From the NCBI GenBank assembly GCA_963729895.1, contig CAVSQB010000028.1, positions 192,001 through 256,000 on the forward strand: 64,000 nucleotides of DNA, written 5' to 3'. This document shows, piece after piece, positions 19,728 through 30,052 of this stretch. The DNA comes from an uncultured Fibrobacterota bacterium (lineage in GTDB: Bacteria > Fibrobacterota > Chitinivibrionia > Chitinivibrionales > FEN-1185). Each line of letters starts with the position of its first letter. Position 1 is the stretch's first letter. The position numbers and the translations under genes were made by a program. The notes under the pieces are model-generated. The model did no database searches. It saw nothing but the letters and a program-made list of their open reading frames with translations, and was not told where the DNA came from.

Positions 19728-22049
19728 ATGGAACCACAGGACCTCTTTGCCTTTCTCCGCGAAAAGGTGGAGCTGTTCAAGGATTTTCCCGAGCCTCGCC
19801 TCAAGGAACTTGTCGCCGGATCGCGCGTAACAACCTTTGAGGGCAATGAAGCGGTGATCGAATTCGGTGAAGAAGGGAGATTTCTCGGCGTGCTTATTAC
19901 CGGCCAGGCCGAGGCGGCGGTGACCGACAATACCGGGCGCAAGGTGCGCCTCAACCTTCTTGAAGCGGGCAGCATTTTCGGCGAAATGTCGCTTATGACC
20001 GGCAACCAGACCATCGCGAACATCATCGGGATAACCCGGTGCGAGGCGCTTCTTATTCCACAACAACTTTTCTCAACCGTTCTCATAACCTATCCGCCGG
20101 CCATTCGCTATCTGTCGCGCGAAATGACCCTTCGCACTACGCAATGGGCCACTCTGCACAACCTGGCAGCCGAGGCGCTGCAAAAGAGCGACGATCCCTA
20201 CGGCCTCAAGCTCAAATCCGAGGCGCCGTCAAAATTGCTTGTTGTCAATTGCGGTTCGTCGTCGCTCAAATATTCGTTGTTCGACACCGCCAATGAAGCG
20301 CGGGTGGTCCGCGGCTCCATTGAGCGCATAGGCACTCCCGGGGTAAAGCATGTGTGCCGCGTGGGGGAAAGGAACGCGGCCGTGGCCGTTCCCGGCGCAG
20401 GCGGCCACCGCGACGCGTTTCGCGCCATGGTGGAGACGCTTGCTTCAAAGGAAGTGGGCGCCATGAACGGTCCGGCGGACATTTCCGCCGTGGGCCACCG
20501 TGTGGTGCACGGCGGGGACAAGCTCATCACGCCGGCGGTGATAACCGGTGAGGTGATTGCAGCCATCGAGGAAGCCTCCGCACTTGCGCCTCTGCACAAC
20601 CCCGTCAACCTTGCCGGCATCAAAGAAGCAATGCGTTTGTTTCCGCACGTGCCGCATGTCGCGGTGTTCGATACCGCCTTCCACTCAACCCTGCCGCCGT
20701 ACGCGTATATGTACGGCCTGCCGTACGAGTTTTACAAAGAGAAGAAAATCAGGCGGTACGGGTTTCACGGCACATCGCATTTGTATGTGTCGCTCAAGGC
20801 CGCCGAATTCCTCAAACGTCCGTTTTCCGGAATCGATCTGGTGTCGTGCCACTTGGGAAACGGCGCATCGCTGTGCGCCGTGGACCACGGCCGAAGCGTG
20901 GACACCTCTATGGGATTCACGCCGACCCAAGGTTTGCTGATGGGAACGCGCAGCGGAGACCTTGATCCCGGCATCCTCATCCACCTGATGCGCACCGAGA
21001 ACATGGGCGCCGACGACATGGAAAAGCTCATCAACAACAAAAGCGGATTCCTCGGCATGTCGGGCATCACAAACGACATGCGGGAAATCGAAAAGGCCGC
21101 CGCACAGGGTCATCACCGGGCGCTCCTCGCCTACAAGACGTTCTGCTACCAGATCCGCAAATACATCGGCGCGTATGTCGCCGCCATGCAGGGACTCGAT
21201 GCGGTGATATTTACAGGCGGGATAGGCCAGGGCAGCGCAGGCGTGCGGAGCCTGGCGTGCCAGGGCCTTGGCTACATGGGAATCGAGATTGACGAAAAGA
21301 AGAACCGGGGCATCGACGGTTTTGCGACCGTGAGCGATGTTTCGGCCGACGGGTCGCGCGTGAGGGTGCTGGTGGTCCCCACCGACGAAGAGCGTATGAT
21401 CGCGCGCGAAACCATACGCACCGTTTCGTCGGGCTACATCGCCGACATCATCAAGACGCAGAAGAACACGCCCATTCCCATTGAGGTGTCGGCGCACCAT
21501 GTGCATCTTGCGGCCGGGAACGTTGAGGCCTTATTCGGTGCGGGCCACACGCTCACGCCGGCTCACGAGCTGTCGCAGCGCGGACAATTCGCATGCAGGG
21601 AAACCGTGAATCTTGTCGGCCCCAAGGGCCGAGTGGACCGCGTGCGCGTACTCGGGCCCGTGCGAAAGGAAACCCAGGTGGAAATCGCCATGACGGAGCA
21701 GTTCAAGCTCGGCATACATCCGCCCATCCGCGAATCAGGCGATTTGGAAAACACGCCCGGCATCACCATAGAGGGCAGCGACGGGTCAATCTCCATACCC
21801 AAGGGCGTGATATGCGCGCTGCGTCATATCCACATGTCAACCGAAGACGTGCTCAAATTCGGGCTGCGCGACAAATTCAAGGTGCGCGTGCGCGTGGAAG
21901 GCCAGCGAGAGCTTGTTTTCGGCGACGTGCTGATACGGGTGGACCCGGCGTTCAAGTTGTCCATGCACATCGACACCGATGAGGCGAATGCGGCGAATAT
22001 CGGGTCAGGGGCCATCGGGCATGTTGAGGCGGGGCAGACGAGGGATTAA
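19728..22049 (+). CDS. ackA: Fusion: cNMP-binding domain + acetate/propionate kinase + PduL-type phosphotransacylase
   Basis: N-terminal cNMP fold (LFKDF...GSIFGEMSL). AckA motifs NCGSSSLKY, GHRVVHGG, LAPLHNP, DTAFH, YGFHGTSH, HLGNGAS, PTDEE. PduL motifs IEVSAHHVHL, LSQRGQFA, RVLGPVR, RHIHM, HIDTDEANA. Confidence 0.92.
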   Translation: MEPQDLFAFLREKVELFKDFPEPRLKELVAGSRVTTFEGNEAVIEFGEEGRFLGVLITGQAEAAVTDNTGRKVRLNLLEAGSIFGEMSLMTGNQTIANIIGITRCEALLIPQQLFSTVLITYPPAIRYLSREMTLRTTQWATLHNLAAEALQKSDDPYGLKLKSEAPSKLLVVNCGSSSLKYSLFDTANEARVVRGSIERIGTPGVKHVCRVGERNAAVAVPGAGGHRDAFRAMVETLASKEVGAMNGPADISAVGHRVVHGGDKLITPAVITGEVIAAIEEASALAPLHNPVNLAGIKEAMRLFPHVPHVAVFDTAFHSTLPPYAYMYGLPYEFYKEKKIRRYGFHGTSHLYVSLKAAEFLKRPFSGIDLVSCHLGNGASLCAVDHGRSVDTSMGFTPTQGLLMGTRSGDLDPGILIHLMRTENMGADDMEKLINNKSGFLGMSGITNDMREIEKAAAQGHHRALLAYKTFCYQIRKYIGAYVAAMQGLDAVIFTGGIGQGSAGVRSLACQGLGYMGIEIDEKKNRGIDGFATVSDVSADGSRVRVLVVPTDEERMIARETIRTVSSGYIADIIKTQKNTPIPIEVSAHHVHLAAGNVEALFGAGHTLTPAHELSQRGQFACRETVNLVGPKGRVDRVRVLGPVRKETQVEIAMTEQFKLGIHPPIRESGDLENTPGITIEGSDGSISIPKGVICALRHIHMSTEDVLKFGLRDKFKVRVRVEGQRELVFGDVLIRVDPAFKLSMHIDTDEANAANIGSGAIGHVEAGQTRD

Positions 22050-22059
22050 TAATTATTTG

Positions 22060-22960
22060 GGTGATTATAAAACATCTTGCACAGGAATTATCTTGTGCAT
22101 ATGGGCTTTAGTCAATTAGAAACCTTTGAATTCATAGGGAAAACTGAAAACAGGGCAAAATTGTTCCTCAGAAAGTTCTGTTGGAAAAATGGCCATGTTT
22201 TCTGCATCAATTGTAACAGCCATAAAATCTATCGTTTAAAAGGTAAAAAGTTCAGGTGCAAACGATGCGGAAATACCTTTCATGACTTCTCGAATCGGTG
22301 GATTGGTCAGTGCCGCGTCCCTCTGAAAAAGCTGCTGTGGATCATTAAGCTCTTTGAACTGGAAGTCTCAGCACGCAGGATAGCAACTCAGATCGGTTTG
22401 AGCTATCCCACGGTCTTGCGGATGTGTAATCTCATCCGAAGGGCCTTGATGGTCGCTGAAAGCGATTTCTGGCTCTCTGGAGAGGTTGAGCTCGATGAAT
22501 CCTACTTCGGCGGCAGGCGTAAAGGTAAACGTGGCCGGGGTGCTGCCGGAAAGGTTCCCGTCTTTGGTATCCTGGAGAGACACGGAAAAGTGAAGGTGAC
22601 AGTAGTAAAAAACGTCACTGCCGAAAGCCTGTTGACTGAGACTGTGAAAATGGTCAGACGAGGCTCCATCATTTACACTGACAAATTCCGCGGCTATGAC
22701 GCCCTGATGTTCTGCGGTTATCGGCATTTGAGAGTCGACCATGGGAAAAGATTTGCCACAGGCAAAGTTTATATTAACGGTTTGGAAGGCTTCTGGAGCT
22801 ATGCTAAGGAACGTCTTGCAAAGTTCCATGGAGTCTCCAAAGAATACTTTCCAGGGTATCTGAACGAAATGGCTTTTCGGTACAATCATCGTCATGAAAA
22901 TTTCTTTGAAAAACTTGTCAAAATGATCACTAATTTGGTGCAAGATCCTTTATAATTACC
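22060..22960 (+). mobile_element. IS1595-family insertion sequence
   Basis: TIRs GGTGATTATAAAACATCTTGCAC / GTGCAAGATCCTTTATAATTACC. 8-bp TSD ATTATTTG at 22052-22059 and 22961-22968. Confidence 0.93.
22101..22955 (+). CDS. IS1595-family transposase
   Basis: Zn ribbon (CINC..CKRC), EVELDESYFGG, IYTD, INGLEGFWS, YLNEMAFRYN. Confidence 0.93.
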   Translation: MGFSQLETFEFIGKTENRAKLFLRKFCWKNGHVFCINCNSHKIYRLKGKKFRCKRCGNTFHDFSNRWIGQCRVPLKKLLWIIKLFELEVSARRIATQIGLSYPTVLRMCNLIRRALMVAESDFWLSGEVELDESYFGGRRKGKRGRGAAGKVPVFGILERHGKVKVTVVKNVTAESLLTETVKMVRRGSIIYTDKFRGYDALMFCGYRHLRVDHGKRFATGKVYINGLEGFWSYAKERLAKFHGVSKEYFPGYLNEMAFRYNHRHENFFEKLVKMITNLVQDPL

Positions 22961-22994
22961 ATTATTTGAGTGCAAGGTAATTTAAAAAGAAAGA

Positions 22995-23159
22995 GTTGGG
23001 CGTTCCCCCTTGTCTAGACGCGCAGGATTGCGCGCCCGGACAAGGGGTCGGCCCTCCTTCCGGTCTCGGCCTTCGGCTTCGGGCCGCCACGGCCCTATGC
23101 CGCGTCGCGGCGGGTCCGGGCGGCACCGCGCTCCAGCGCGGCCTCCAGTCCGGCCTAAC
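22995..23159. repeat. GC-rich multi-hairpin intergenic element (structured RNA or MITE/REP-like)
   Basis: Ends GTTGGGC/GCCTAAC pair. Internal stems CCCCTTGTC/GACAAGGGG, GCCGCC/GGCGGC, GCCGC/GCGGC and CCGCGCT/AGCGCGG. Confidence 0.55.
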
Positions 23160-23405
23160 GTGCCGAGAGTGTTCTTGTTTATCAAGAAGCATTTGTGGCT
23201 CCAGCCATGCAGATGGTTAGTTACGAAAAAGATCAAATCATCCACACTATTTCTTGAAACAACAATCATCAACCAGTCGCTTTCTTTCCTGACCACCACT
23301 CTCCGTGTGTGCCCCCACACGTGTGTCTGGTTCTGCCACTGTTTCCGCTTGGGGGTCACCAAGGAGGGGGTATGGGTTCAGACAACCGGCGTTTACAAAA
23401 AGAAA

Positions 23406-23429
23406 GGGCACATCATGATGTGCCCCTAC
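23406..23429 (-). repeat. GTAG-type REP palindrome
   Basis: Perfect 20-bp palindrome GGGCACATCATGATGTGCCC followed by CTAC (GTAG on the minus strand). Confidence 0.6.
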
Positions 23430-23454
23430 GCTGCGCCGGTTGGCTGAGCCCTAG

Positions 23455-24766
23455 CAGGGTGTTGAAAAAGTCTCCCTTTTGTAAACATTTATCCTTATAT
23501 TATAGGGGAACCCCAACCAAGGAGTATTGATGAGAGGTTCCCAGCCAGCCCAAGGCGGTATGTTCAGCTTCGTTTCTCCGGATTCCCGAGTGCCGGCAAC
23601 GCACCCGCTTCGTCGTGTCAAACAGTTTACGGACATAGCGCTGCGCCGCCTTTCTCGTGACTTTGAGGCGATGTACAGCCGGATGGGACGCCCTTCGATA
23701 CCGCCGGAATGGCTTTTGAAAGCACAGATATTGATGGCTTTGTTTTCGATACGGTCGGACCGGTTGTTTTGCGAGATGCTGGACTATAACATTCTGTTCC
23801 GATGGTTTCTTGACATGGATCTGGATGCGGCATCGTTTGATCATAGTGTGTTTTCGAAGAACCGAGATCGACTTATGGAACAGGAGATTGCGCACCGGCT
23901 GATGCAGGAAATCGTGCGTCTTGCTCGTTCCGAAGAGTTGTTGTCCGATGAGCATTTCACGGTTGACGGCACGTTGATTGAAGCCTGGGCATCGATGAAG
24001 AGCTTCAAGCGAAAAGACGCGGAATCGGCGAACAAGACTGACGATGATCGGAGTAATCCGTCGGTTGATTTCCACCATGAGAAGCGAAGCAATGAGACAC
24101 ATCAGAGTTCGACCGATCCAGAGGCGCGGTTGGCTCGGAAGAACAAGAGAACGGGAGCGCAGCTGGCGTATTCCGGTCACGTGCTGATGGAAAACCGAAA
24201 TGGGTTGTGTGTTGATATCGCCATTGCGCCAGCGACGGGGACAGCGGAACGGGATATGGCGCTTGAGCTGATAAAGCATGAACGCAGGCGCGGAAAACGC
24301 CGGATGAAGACGGTGGGTGCAGACAAAGGGTATCATGCAACCGAATTTATCAAGAGCCTGCGACGCCTGCACGTGAAGCCTCACATTGCCGAGAAGGCCA
24401 ACACTTCGCTTAAAGGGTTGGATGGAAGAACGACTCGGCATAAGGGATACAGCGTAAGTCAAAGGAAACGAAAACGGGTTGAAGAGATATTTGGGTGGAT
24501 CAAGAGCGTCGGTGGCCTGCGGAAAACTCGGGTAAGAGGAATACGAATCAACCAGACTGTTGCCTACGTGGTTGCCGCAGCGTACAACTTGATACGCATG
24601 GTTAAGTTGATGCCGCAAACGGTGGGGGCAGCATGAGAATGGCCTGGGAATCCGGGGAAATGCCTCGGAACGAGGCAGGTAAAACCTCTCTGACATATGT
24701 AAAGTTGAAGTTAGGTTCATAAAAAATCAACAAGAGCGCTTCTGTTAGGACTATTTCAACAACCTG
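23455..24766 (+). mobile_element. IS5-family insertion sequence
   Basis: TIRs CAGGGTGTTGAAAAAGTC / GACTATTTCAACAACCTG. CTAG duplicated at 23451-23454 and 24767-24770. Confidence 0.9.
23527..24636 (+). CDS. IS5-family transposase
   Basis: HPLRR, GRPSIPPE, FRWFL, FTVDGTLIEAWAS, TDPEARL, ADKGY, RKRVEEIFGW, AAYNL. Confidence 0.92.
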   Translation: MMRGSQPAQGGMFSFVSPDSRVPATHPLRRVKQFTDIALRRLSRDFEAMYSRMGRPSIPPEWLLKAQILMALFSIRSDRLFCEMLDYNILFRWFLDMDLDAASFDHSVFSKNRDRLMEQEIAHRLMQEIVRLARSEELLSDEHFTVDGTLIEAWASMKSFKRKDAESANKTDDDRSNPSVDFHHEKRSNETHQSSTDPEARLARKNKRTGAQLAYSGHVLMENRNGLCVDIAIAPATGTAERDMALELIKHERRRGKRRMKTVGADKGYHATEFIKSLRRLHVKPHIAEKANTSLKGLDGRTTRHKGYSVSQRKRKRVEEIFGWIKSVGGLRKTRVRGIRINQTVAYVVAAAYNLIRMVKLMPQTVGAA

Positions 24767-24823
24767 CTAGGGGGGAAACTTCCCCCGCAAGAAAATCATT
24801 ATACCAATATTGACAAATAACTC

Positions 24824-25852
24824 CTACGCCTTTTCCGCCAACTCCTTTATCAACCTCTCCGTATCTTCCCATCCCAGACACGGATCGGTAATCGACTTTC
24901 CGTACACTTTTTCGTCCGGCTTCTGCGTGCCTTCTTCGATGAAGCTCTCGATCATGAGCCCGCGTACGATCTTGCGCAAGAGCGGCGAATGCCTCCGGCT
25001 CTCCATGATTTCCAGGGCGATCCGCGGCTGTTCCTTGTATTTTTTGTTTGAATTCGAGTGGTTGGTGTCAACGACGATTGCCGGATTGACAAGCCCGCGT
25101 TTGTGGTATTTTTCGGCGCACAGCATCAAGTCTTCGTAATGGTAGTTGGGGATGTTCTGGCCGTAGTGGTTGACCGCGCCGCGCAGCACCGCGTGGGCGT
25201 GGGGGTTGCCGCTGGTGCTTACTTCCCATCCGTTGTACAAAAACACGTGGCCCACCTGGGCCGCGGCGATTGCGTTGAACATGACCTCCAGGTCGCCGCT
25301 GGTCGGGTTTTTTGCGCCTATGGGAATGTCGAGCCCGCTCACCGTAAGCCGGTGCGCCTGGTTCTCAACCGAGCGCGCACCGATTGCGACGTAGGAAAGC
25401 AAATCCTGGAGGTACGGATAGTTTTCCGGGTAAAGCATTTCGTCGGCCGCGGTGAGCCCGGTTTCCGACAGCGCGCGGATGTGCATGCGGCGGATCGCGC
25501 GCAGCCCTTCGACGATGTTGGGCTCCTTTTGCGGGTCGGGCTGGTGCGCCATGCCCTTGTAACCGACACCGGTGGTTCGCGGCTTGTTTGTGTAAATGCG
25601 CGGGACAAGAACAAGCCGGTCTTTTACCGCTTCGCCGGCCTTTGCGAGCCTGTTAATGTAGTCGCACACCGCGTCCTCGTCGTGCGCCGAGCACGGACCG
25701 ACAATCAGCACGAACCGGTCGGTCTTTCCCGACAGGGCATCGATGATGGTTCTGTCGCGCTCGCTCTTGATGTCGGCAAAATACTTTGACAGAGGCATCT
25801 GAGAGATGATTTCCTTGACAGTGGGCACTTTCTTCAGTTTCTTGAAGCTCAT
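24824..25852 (-). CDS. 3-deoxy-7-phosphoheptulonate (DAHP) synthase, class I
   Basis: GPCSA, KPRT, AIGARS, KNPTSG, DTNHSNS, MIES, SITDPCLGW. Confidence 0.95.
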   Translation of the reverse strand: MSFKKLKKVPTVKEIISQMPLSKYFADIKSERDRTIIDALSGKTDRFVLIVGPCSAHDEDAVCDYINRLAKAGEAVKDRLVLVPRIYTNKPRTTGVGYKGMAHQPDPQKEPNIVEGLRAIRRMHIRALSETGLTAADEMLYPENYPYLQDLLSYVAIGARSVENQAHRLTVSGLDIPIGAKNPTSGDLEVMFNAIAAAQVGHVFLYNGWEVSTSGNPHAHAVLRGAVNHYGQNIPNYHYEDLMLCAEKYHKRGLVNPAIVVDTNHSNSNKKYKEQPRIALEIMESRRHSPLLRKIVRGLMIESFIEEGTQKPDEKVYGKSITDPCLGWEDTERLIKELAEKA

Positions 25853-26164
25853 CAGGTTCCGTTCTCGAGTGTGGTTTTCCTGCCGGCGTTACGATAAGAA
25901 TATACAATTCGCTCAATAAAAACACCGTTGCCGCGCAAGTCAAGATCACAACCGCGTCATGGCGAGGCTTTCTCACCTGCTCGTTCATGCTTCCCAAAAT
26001 CACCGTGCCGCTGATCTCACCCGGAATCTGGACCGGGCAAGTTCACTCATGCCCAATTTTCGTGCCTTTTGTCCGCAACCTGATTATTTTATGACCTGCG
26101 TCCCTGCATTTGCATGCCCGGCAATCGTCTGTGCCTTTCGAACAAGCAACGGGAAGGACCTCGT

Positions 26165-27082
26165 ATGAACGCCGCCATTGTCGCAAGCAACCTCTCAAAG
26201 AAGTTCGGCGAATTCACCGCTGTAAACGGCATATCGTTTGAAATCGGCCAAGGCGAATGCTTCGGGTTTCTGGGGCCGAACGGCGCGGGGAAGACCACCA
26301 CCGTCCGAATGATCCACTGCGTTTCGCCGGTATCGTCGGGCTCGGTTACCGTGTTCGGTGAAACGGCGGGACTTGAGAACCGGAAGATTAAGGCCATGAC
26401 CGGCGTGATACCGCAGGAGATCAACCTCGATTCCGGGCTCACGGTGGCGGAAAATCTCCTCGTGTTTTCGCGCTTCTTCGACATCCCGGGCAACGAGGCG
26501 AAGAAAAAGGTGGCGGAACTCCTCGCGTTTGTGGAGATCGAGGCAAAAAAGAACAGCAGGATAGACGAACTCTCCACCGGCATGAAGCGGAGGCTGCTTG
26601 TCGCACGCGCATTGCTCAACAAACCCCGGCTCATTATTGCCGACGAGCCCACCACCGGCCTCGACCCCCAGGCCCGGCATCTTATCTGGCAGCGGCTGCG
26701 GCTGCTTGCGAGCCAGGGCACCACGCTGATTCTCACCACGCAATACATGGAAGAAGCGGAACAGTTGTGCAACCGGCTCGTGGTCATGGACGAAGGCCGT
26801 ATCCTCAAGCAAGGCTCGCCGCGGCAGCTTGTTTCGGACGAAATAGGAAAAGAAGTCGTCGAAATAAGAATCGACAAGGCACAGGACGAGATGTTGATCA
26901 ACCTGGCGGCGGGGTGCAGCTGCGGGCACGAAAGGGCGGGCGATACCCTCTATTTTTATTGCAGCGAGGGCCACGACCTGGTGAAGAAAGTGATCGACCT
27001 CGGGCTGCCGAATGTGCGCAACAGGCCGGCAACGCTGGAAGACGTTTTTCTTAAATTGACAGGCAGGAGTCTTGTGGAATGA
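26165..27082 (+). CDS. ABC exporter ATP-binding protein (NodI/DrrA-like)
   Basis: GPNGAGKTT, LSTGMKRR, DEPTTGLDPQAR, LEDVFLKLTG. Confidence 0.92.
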   Translation: MNAAIVASNLSKKFGEFTAVNGISFEIGQGECFGFLGPNGAGKTTTVRMIHCVSPVSSGSVTVFGETAGLENRKIKAMTGVIPQEINLDSGLTVAENLLVFSRFFDIPGNEAKKKVAELLAFVEIEAKKNSRIDELSTGMKRRLLVARALLNKPRLIIADEPTTGLDPQARHLIWQRLRLLASQGTTLILTTQYMEEAEQLCNRLVVMDEGRILKQGSPRQLVSDEIGKEVVEIRIDKAQDEMLINLAAGCSCGHERAGDTLYFYCSEGHDLVKKVIDLGLPNVRNRPATLEDVFLKLTGRSLVE

Positions 27083-27122
27083 TGTGCGGTGCCGGCCTTA
27101 CGTTTGAAGAAAAGGGCGTTTC

Positions 27123-27890
27123 ATGAACCTTTCGTACAGAATCTTCTATGTCCTTGTGAGGAACATCATTTCGTACAAGCGGTTCATTCTGCCCACGTTC
27201 GCGGTGAGCCTAGGACAGCCGCTGTTCTACCTTGTCACGTTCGGCATCGGTATGGGCGCGTACATGGGGTACGTAGGCGGGAAACCGTATCTCAATTTCC
27301 TTGTTCCCGGCGTGCTCATATCCTCGGTGATGCTGTCGTCCACGTTCGAATGTCTCTATGACACGTTTGTCAAGATGGTCCACGAGCGGCTGTACGATTC
27401 GCTGATAGCAACTCCCGTGTCCGCGGAAGACGTCGTGGCAGGCGACATCGCCTGGGGCGCGTTTCGCGGACTCTTGAGCGGCGTGCTCATGCTTGTGGTC
27501 GCGCTGTTCATGGGCGTGCACCCTGCCTCGCTGGTGAGCGCGCTGCTGATTGTGGCGATCATGGCGTTCGTCGGCGTTCTATTCAGTTCGCTTGCAATGA
27601 TCGTGACTTCCTTTGCCCCAAACTTCGACTTCTTCAACTACTACACCGAACTTATCATAACGCCGATGCTGTTCTTTTCCGGCGTGTTCTTCCCGCTCGA
27701 TAAGTTTCCGCAGTGGCTCAAGGTGTTTGCGCTGTTTTTGCCTCTCACGCATGCGGTAAACATATCCAGGGCCGTTTTTTCCGGCGAATCCGTACCGGGA
27801 CTCTGGTGGAGCCTCCTTATCCTTGTCGTCATGGAGGCAGCGGCTTTTGTGGTAGGCGTCAGGCTCATGAAGAGAAGGCTTATAACCTAG
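27123..27890 (+). CDS. ABC-2 type permease (NodJ-like)
   Basis: About six TM helices, YLNFLVPG, FFSGVFFP, LPLTHAV; adjacent to the ATPase. Confidence 0.9.
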   Translation: MNLSYRIFYVLVRNIISYKRFILPTFAVSLGQPLFYLVTFGIGMGAYMGYVGGKPYLNFLVPGVLISSVMLSSTFECLYDTFVKMVHERLYDSLIATPVSAEDVVAGDIAWGAFRGLLSGVLMLVVALFMGVHPASLVSALLIVAIMAFVGVLFSSLAMIVTSFAPNFDFFNYYTELIITPMLFFSGVFFPLDKFPQWLKVFALFLPLTHAVNISRAVFSGESVPGLWWSLLILVVMEAAAFVVGVRLMKRRLIT

Positions 27891-28220
27891 CTACGGTGCG
27901 GTTTCAACCGTTCTTTTGCCCGCACCGGTTTGGCGCTCTATTATTCGCACATGATATTGGTACTCGCCGTTCGTCATTCCCTGATTTTCTATTGGTGCTA
28001 GCCTCGATACACCGCTCGCCGAGTGGCCCTTTGTGCCGTATCGAGGCGAGCGGCACTCGGCAAGCGTTTTTGAAAAGTAAAGTTGTCACCACTATAATGA
28101 CTGGATTAATAACTCAAATTTTCGTCCCGGTTTGGAGAGAATGATCGGCGCCTTCGCCCGCGTAACGCAACATCGGGGGGTGGCAAGCCGAAATCTCTAT
28201 GGGTTTGAAAGGAGGCGCAT

Positions 28221-28415
28221 ATGAAGACGATACACTGCAGGGATACGGGAGAGCGAACTTGTAATTTCACCGCAGAGGGAAAGAGTATCGAGGAAGCGGA
28301 AAGAATTCTGCTGGATCATGTGCAATTGCGTCATCCTAATCTGATGGAAACCATGACATTTGAGGAGAGGGAAAGGCTCCTTGAGCATGTGGAGGCAATG
28401 GCGGAAACGAGATGA
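28221..28415 (+). CDS. DUF1059-like small metal-binding protein
   Basis: MKTIHCRDTG..CNFTAEG..EE.....H....H pattern; AGGAGG RBS. Confidence 0.8.
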   Translation: MKTIHCRDTGERTCNFTAEGKSIEEAERILLDHVQLRHPNLMETMTFEERERLLEHVEAMAETR

Positions 28416-28493
28416 CCGATAGGGATGTCCATGTTATGCGGACGAAGAAAATGTTGTGTTCAAGTACGGTTTTAAGCGGTTAGATAAGGCGGA

Positions 28494-28727
28494 TTATCGT
28501 CCTTGTTGCAGAATCCAGTTGAGGAGCATGAAAAAACGGTAGAAGAGAGCTATGAATGCGATGATGAGGGCATAGAGCGCGGAAATTATAATGCTTTGGC
28601 GGGTGAGAAAAGAGCGAAGTTTGTTTCTGTGATGAAAAAGGAGGAATCCGCCGGCAACAAATGCAACGGATTTGAGAATTCGGAATGCCACGTTTCCGAG
28701 GAGTGATAAGGTTGATTTACGTTTCAT
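28494..28727 (-). CDS. Small two-TM membrane protein
   Basis: ATG start and two hydrophobic segments. Confidence 0.45.
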   Translation of the reverse strand: MKRKSTLSLLGNVAFRILKSVAFVAGGFLLFHHRNKLRSFLTRQSIIISALYALIIAFIALFYRFFMLLNWILQQGR

Positions 28728-28937
28728 ACTATGTGGTTCTTTCGCAAGGAAAATAATCTCTTTACAGGGTTGTGTGGTGCAAAATCAGAGTGAGCCGGGA
28801 TCGAGCAGGTCTTTTTCAGCGGGGTCCTTCTGGCAATCAGTCAAGTGCAAAATCAGGGGCCGTTTTTTGTCCATAAATGATGATTTCCACCGCGGTTCCC
28901 CTGTCCTTCGGGTTGTCGATGGCCGCTGCTCCCCTTA

Positions 28938-30035
28938 TCACATAATCCGCTTGTATACTTCCAGGGTCTCACGTGCGGCCCTGTCCCAACTGAATTGCTT
29001 TTCGCGCACAAGTCCCCGTCCGACCATGATACGCCTCAGCGAATCGTCGAACAGCACCCTTTCCAGTTTGTCCATCAGGTCTGCGGTGCTGGTCGGGTCG
29101 AAGTAGAGACATGCGTCTGCGCCGACTTCCGGGAGTGAACTGGTATTGCTCGCCACGACCGGGCACCCGTAATGCATGGCCTCAAGAAGGGGAAGCCCAA
29201 AGCCCTCGTAAAGCGAGGGGTAGACAAGGAGCGAAGCATGAGAATAGTATTCGGCTAGCAAATCGTCGCTCCCGCAAACATGGCTGGCGCGGCCCGACAG
29301 CCCGAGCCGTGCCAAGAGCTGTTCTTCTTCTCTTGTAAATGGATCCCCTCCAAAACATACGAGGCCAAACTCCCTGTTTATGCGGGAAGAATGGCAGTAT
29401 GCATTGAGCAAAACGGGGAAATTTTTATGGAGAAACCGCTGGCCCACATAGAGAACAAACGGCCCTCCATGTGGGGAACGGTTGCCGGGAAGCGCGGTGA
29501 GGGAGTTCGCCAGATGCACAACGGCGATCTTTTCCGGCGGTATTGACAAGAGCCGGATAAGGTCGTTCTTGGTGGACTCGGAAATGGCGATTATTGCGTC
29601 CGCCTGCCTGATTGACGCCTGTTTTTCAAGGACTACCGGGTCGGTTCTGGAAAACATGCCGGGATAGAGTTCTCCGGTCATGTCGTACACAGTGAGAATT
29701 CTCTTGCCCCTGAATCCCGGAAGGTGCAAACGATAATAGGTTTGATGGTAGATATCAGGCCCGGCGCGTTTAATGAAAAGAGGGAAAAGTGAATCGTTGA
29801 TTGCATTGAATAATCTCGCCGTCTTTGGAATGACCGGCCTCCGGATCCCGAAGAAATGCGCATACCGGTTCCTAAACAGGGCAAAGTTGAACTCATTGAT
29901 GTGAAACCCCATGTACAGGGAAAGCGAAACGTCCTGCTCGTTGATCAGGCGCGAGACGATCTCGTAAAAATAGCGGGTGATCCCGCTATACCGGAACGTG
30001 GAGAAGAACTGGTGATCGTACGCGATGCGTATCAC
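28938..30035 (-). CDS. Glycosyltransferase family 4 (GT-B)
   Basis: RIAYDHQFF, GITRY, TVYD, AISESTK, YPSLYEGFGLPLLEAM. GTG start inferred. Confidence 0.9.
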   Translation of the reverse strand: MIRIAYDHQFFSTFRYSGITRYFYEIVSRLINEQDVSLSLYMGFHINEFNFALFRNRYAHFFGIRRPVIPKTARLFNAINDSLFPLFIKRAGPDIYHQTYYRLHLPGFRGKRILTVYDMTGELYPGMFSRTDPVVLEKQASIRQADAIIAISESTKNDLIRLLSIPPEKIAVVHLANSLTALPGNRSPHGGPFVLYVGQRFLHKNFPVLLNAYCHSSRINREFGLVCFGGDPFTREEEQLLARLGLSGRASHVCGSDDLLAEYYSHASLLVYPSLYEGFGLPLLEAMHYGCPVVASNTSSLPEVGADACLYFDPTSTADLMDKLERVLFDDSLRRIMVGRGLVREKQFSWDRAARETLEVYKRIM

Positions 30036-30052
30036 GGTGACATGGTTCCCGT

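Noticed and set aside
28000..28066. Nested palindromes downstream of the ABC permease
   Set aside because: Single copy in the window; probably a REP-like or terminator structure with no further support.
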